Assembly (NCBI GenBank): GCA_963737635.1
Contig: CAVTTL010000001.1
Coordinates: forward strand, 2,272,001 to 2,336,000
Direction of reading: 5' to 3'
Source of the DNA: an uncultured Methanoregulaceae archaeon
GTDB lineage: Archaea > Halobacteriota > Methanomicrobia > Methanomicrobiales > Methanospirillaceae
DNA: 64,000 bases
The notes beneath the pieces were generated by a model that did not search any database, was not told the DNA's origin, and saw nothing but the letters and a program-made list of their open reading frames with translations. The translations under genes were made by a program, and so were the position numbers. Shown here piece after piece: positions 62,649-64,000 of the stretch (positions within the stretch are counted from its first letter, which is position 1; each line of letters begins with the position of its first letter).

Positions 62649-64000
62649 TTACGATGTGAACCGGTATGCTCCTTTCGGCACCAGGATCTCGAACCGTGCC
62701 CCGAGACCCGGTGTTCCTGTCTCCCTGATTTTCATCCCGGAGAGGGTGAGAAACTCATGCACAAAAAACAACCCGAACGTTCCCACTCCTCCGATAATCC
62801 GGTCAAAAATATGATCTTTCTGTCCAAAGGGAATACCGACGCCATCGTCTTCGCAGACCAGCACTGCCCCTTCCGGGGTCTCGTGCCAGCTTACTGAAAT
62901 CCGGGTAAGTTTCTTCCCGTGGTTTATGGCATTAAGCATGAGGTTATAAAATACCCGGTCGATCACCGGATCGGAATAGATCTCAAATCCCTGGAGATTA
63001 TTATCCAGGATTATTTTCTGGTGCCGGCTTATACGGGAGAACTGCACTAATACGATTTTTTCAAGAGGAATCCAGCGGGACTGGTTTATGCCCATCTGCA
63101 AGTAATCCTTCGTTTTTTTAATCAGGGTATGGATTGTCTCGAGAATCAGCATCTCCTTTTCAATAAAAGATTTCCTGTCACCTTCATTCGCCGGCGCTTT
63201 GCTGAGTTCAACAAATGCCCGGAGTGCGGTCACCTTGTTCTGGATATCCTGGGAAGCCACTTCGGTCATAAGAGAGAGCTTACGGTTTGCAAGCCTGATC
63301 TTCTCTTCAGCCTGTTTGCGTTCGGAGACATCCCGGATAATCATGCTGATAAGGGTAATTCCTTGAATATCCACAAATCGTGACGTGGATATCTCCGCGG
63401 GGAAGGTGCTGCCATCACCCTTCTTCAGGAGGACTTCCCCTTTGAAATAACCTTTCGTCTCCCGCTCTTTTAACGCCAGATGGAAATGGGGGTCTGTTGT
63501 GTCGGAGATACCCTCTCGCCCGGCGCTTTTGATCTCTCTTTCTGTCATCCCAAACATGGCACACGCAGCGGAGTTTGCCGCCTTAATGGTGCCATCGGGG
63601 GTTACAAGGAGAATAGCATCCCGGGAATTTTCAAAGAGCAGGCGGTATCTCTCCTCACTTTCCCTCAGCGCGACTTCTGCTTGTGTCCGCTCTATTGCTT
63701 CGCCCATGGTTCTTGCTACGATCTCGAGTGCCTGAATGAGCTCAAGAGGCACCTTGCCCTCCCGGTGATCGGCAAGGTGGATCAATCCTATAATCCTATC
63801 TTGCCTGCGAATAGGGATAAGACCCACGGACTCATAGCCCACCTCGTTACAGATGTTCCGCGTCTTTCCTTTCTCCTCTTCGGATACGGTTGCAAGGAAC
63901 TTTGTTGTGGCATTTATGTAGAAGGAACCCCCGTGGGTGTAAAATGGCAGCGAAGGATCGGTGGTGCCCTTAATAACGTTGATGCACATGCACTGGTCAT
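62649..64000 (-). CDS. GAF-PAS histidine-kinase-like protein (5' end beyond the window)
   Basis: CMC..GSF.IN..CN..GYESV GAF-like segment, PAS, QDIQN, NLMLNA, DDGVG. Confidence 0.82.
   Translation of the reverse strand, partial: DQCMCINVIKGTTDPSLPFYTHGGSFYINATTKFLATVSEEEKGKTRNICNEVGYESVGLIPIRRQDRIIGLIHLADHREGKVPLELIQALEIVARTMGEAIERTQAEVALRESEERYRLLFENSRDAILLVTPDGTIKAANSAACAMFGMTEREIKSAGREGISDTTDPHFHLALKERETKGYFKGEVLLKKGDGSTFPAEISTSRFVDIQGITLISMIIRDVSERKQAEEKIRLANRKLSLMTEVASQDIQNKVTALRAFVELSKAPANEGDRKSFIEKEMLILETIHTLIKKTKDYLQMGINQSRWIPLEKIVLVQFSRISRHQKIILDNNLQGFEIYSDPVIDRVFYNLMLNAINHGKKLTRISVSWHETPEGAVLVCEDDGVGIPFGQKDHIFDRIIGGVGTFGLFFVHEFLTLSGMKIRETGTPGLGARFEILVPKGAYRFTS

Noticed and set aside
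1-64000. CRISPR array, tRNA/rRNA, IS or prophage
   Set aside because: No regularly spaced repeats, cloverleaf, transposase or phage structural genes recognised by eye.

Overview
Archaeal chromosome segment, most consistent with a Methanomicrobiales methanogen (Methanoregula-like). This is inferred from gene content: PAN paralogs, MBF1, the alternative ADH/DHQ-synthase-II shikimate entry, REC-PAS-kinase hybrids and Tfx. In order it holds: a polyphosphate operon (ppk1, CHAD-HD fusion, ppx); two PAN ATPases with mbf1; sensor kinases; an 8-gene aromatic amino acid operon with a long structured leader, followed by aroD, a U32 (RlhA-like) protein and tpiA; an orphan ABC-2 permease; adenine deaminase; a ParA-soluble chemoreceptor-CheW-CheR cluster; a minus-strand run thiC/5-FCL/activase/kinase/TIM barrel/RNase Z/RecJ-like; a CDC48; and a decaying accessory region (Tfx, AIM24 and membrane-sensor remnants, KTSC, PolX). 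About 17 single-base frameshifts hit otherwise intact genes and are most likely consensus sequencing errors. No tRNA, rRNA, CRISPR array or transposase was recognised. Best leads: (1) a candidate Phe/Tyr-sensing leader peptide with an anti-SD helix in front of the aro operon; (2) a ParA with an internal amphipathic helix coupled to cytoplasmic chemoreceptors; (3) a prephenate-linked U32 hydroxylase beside the prephenate pathway. All calls are by eye, with no database searches.
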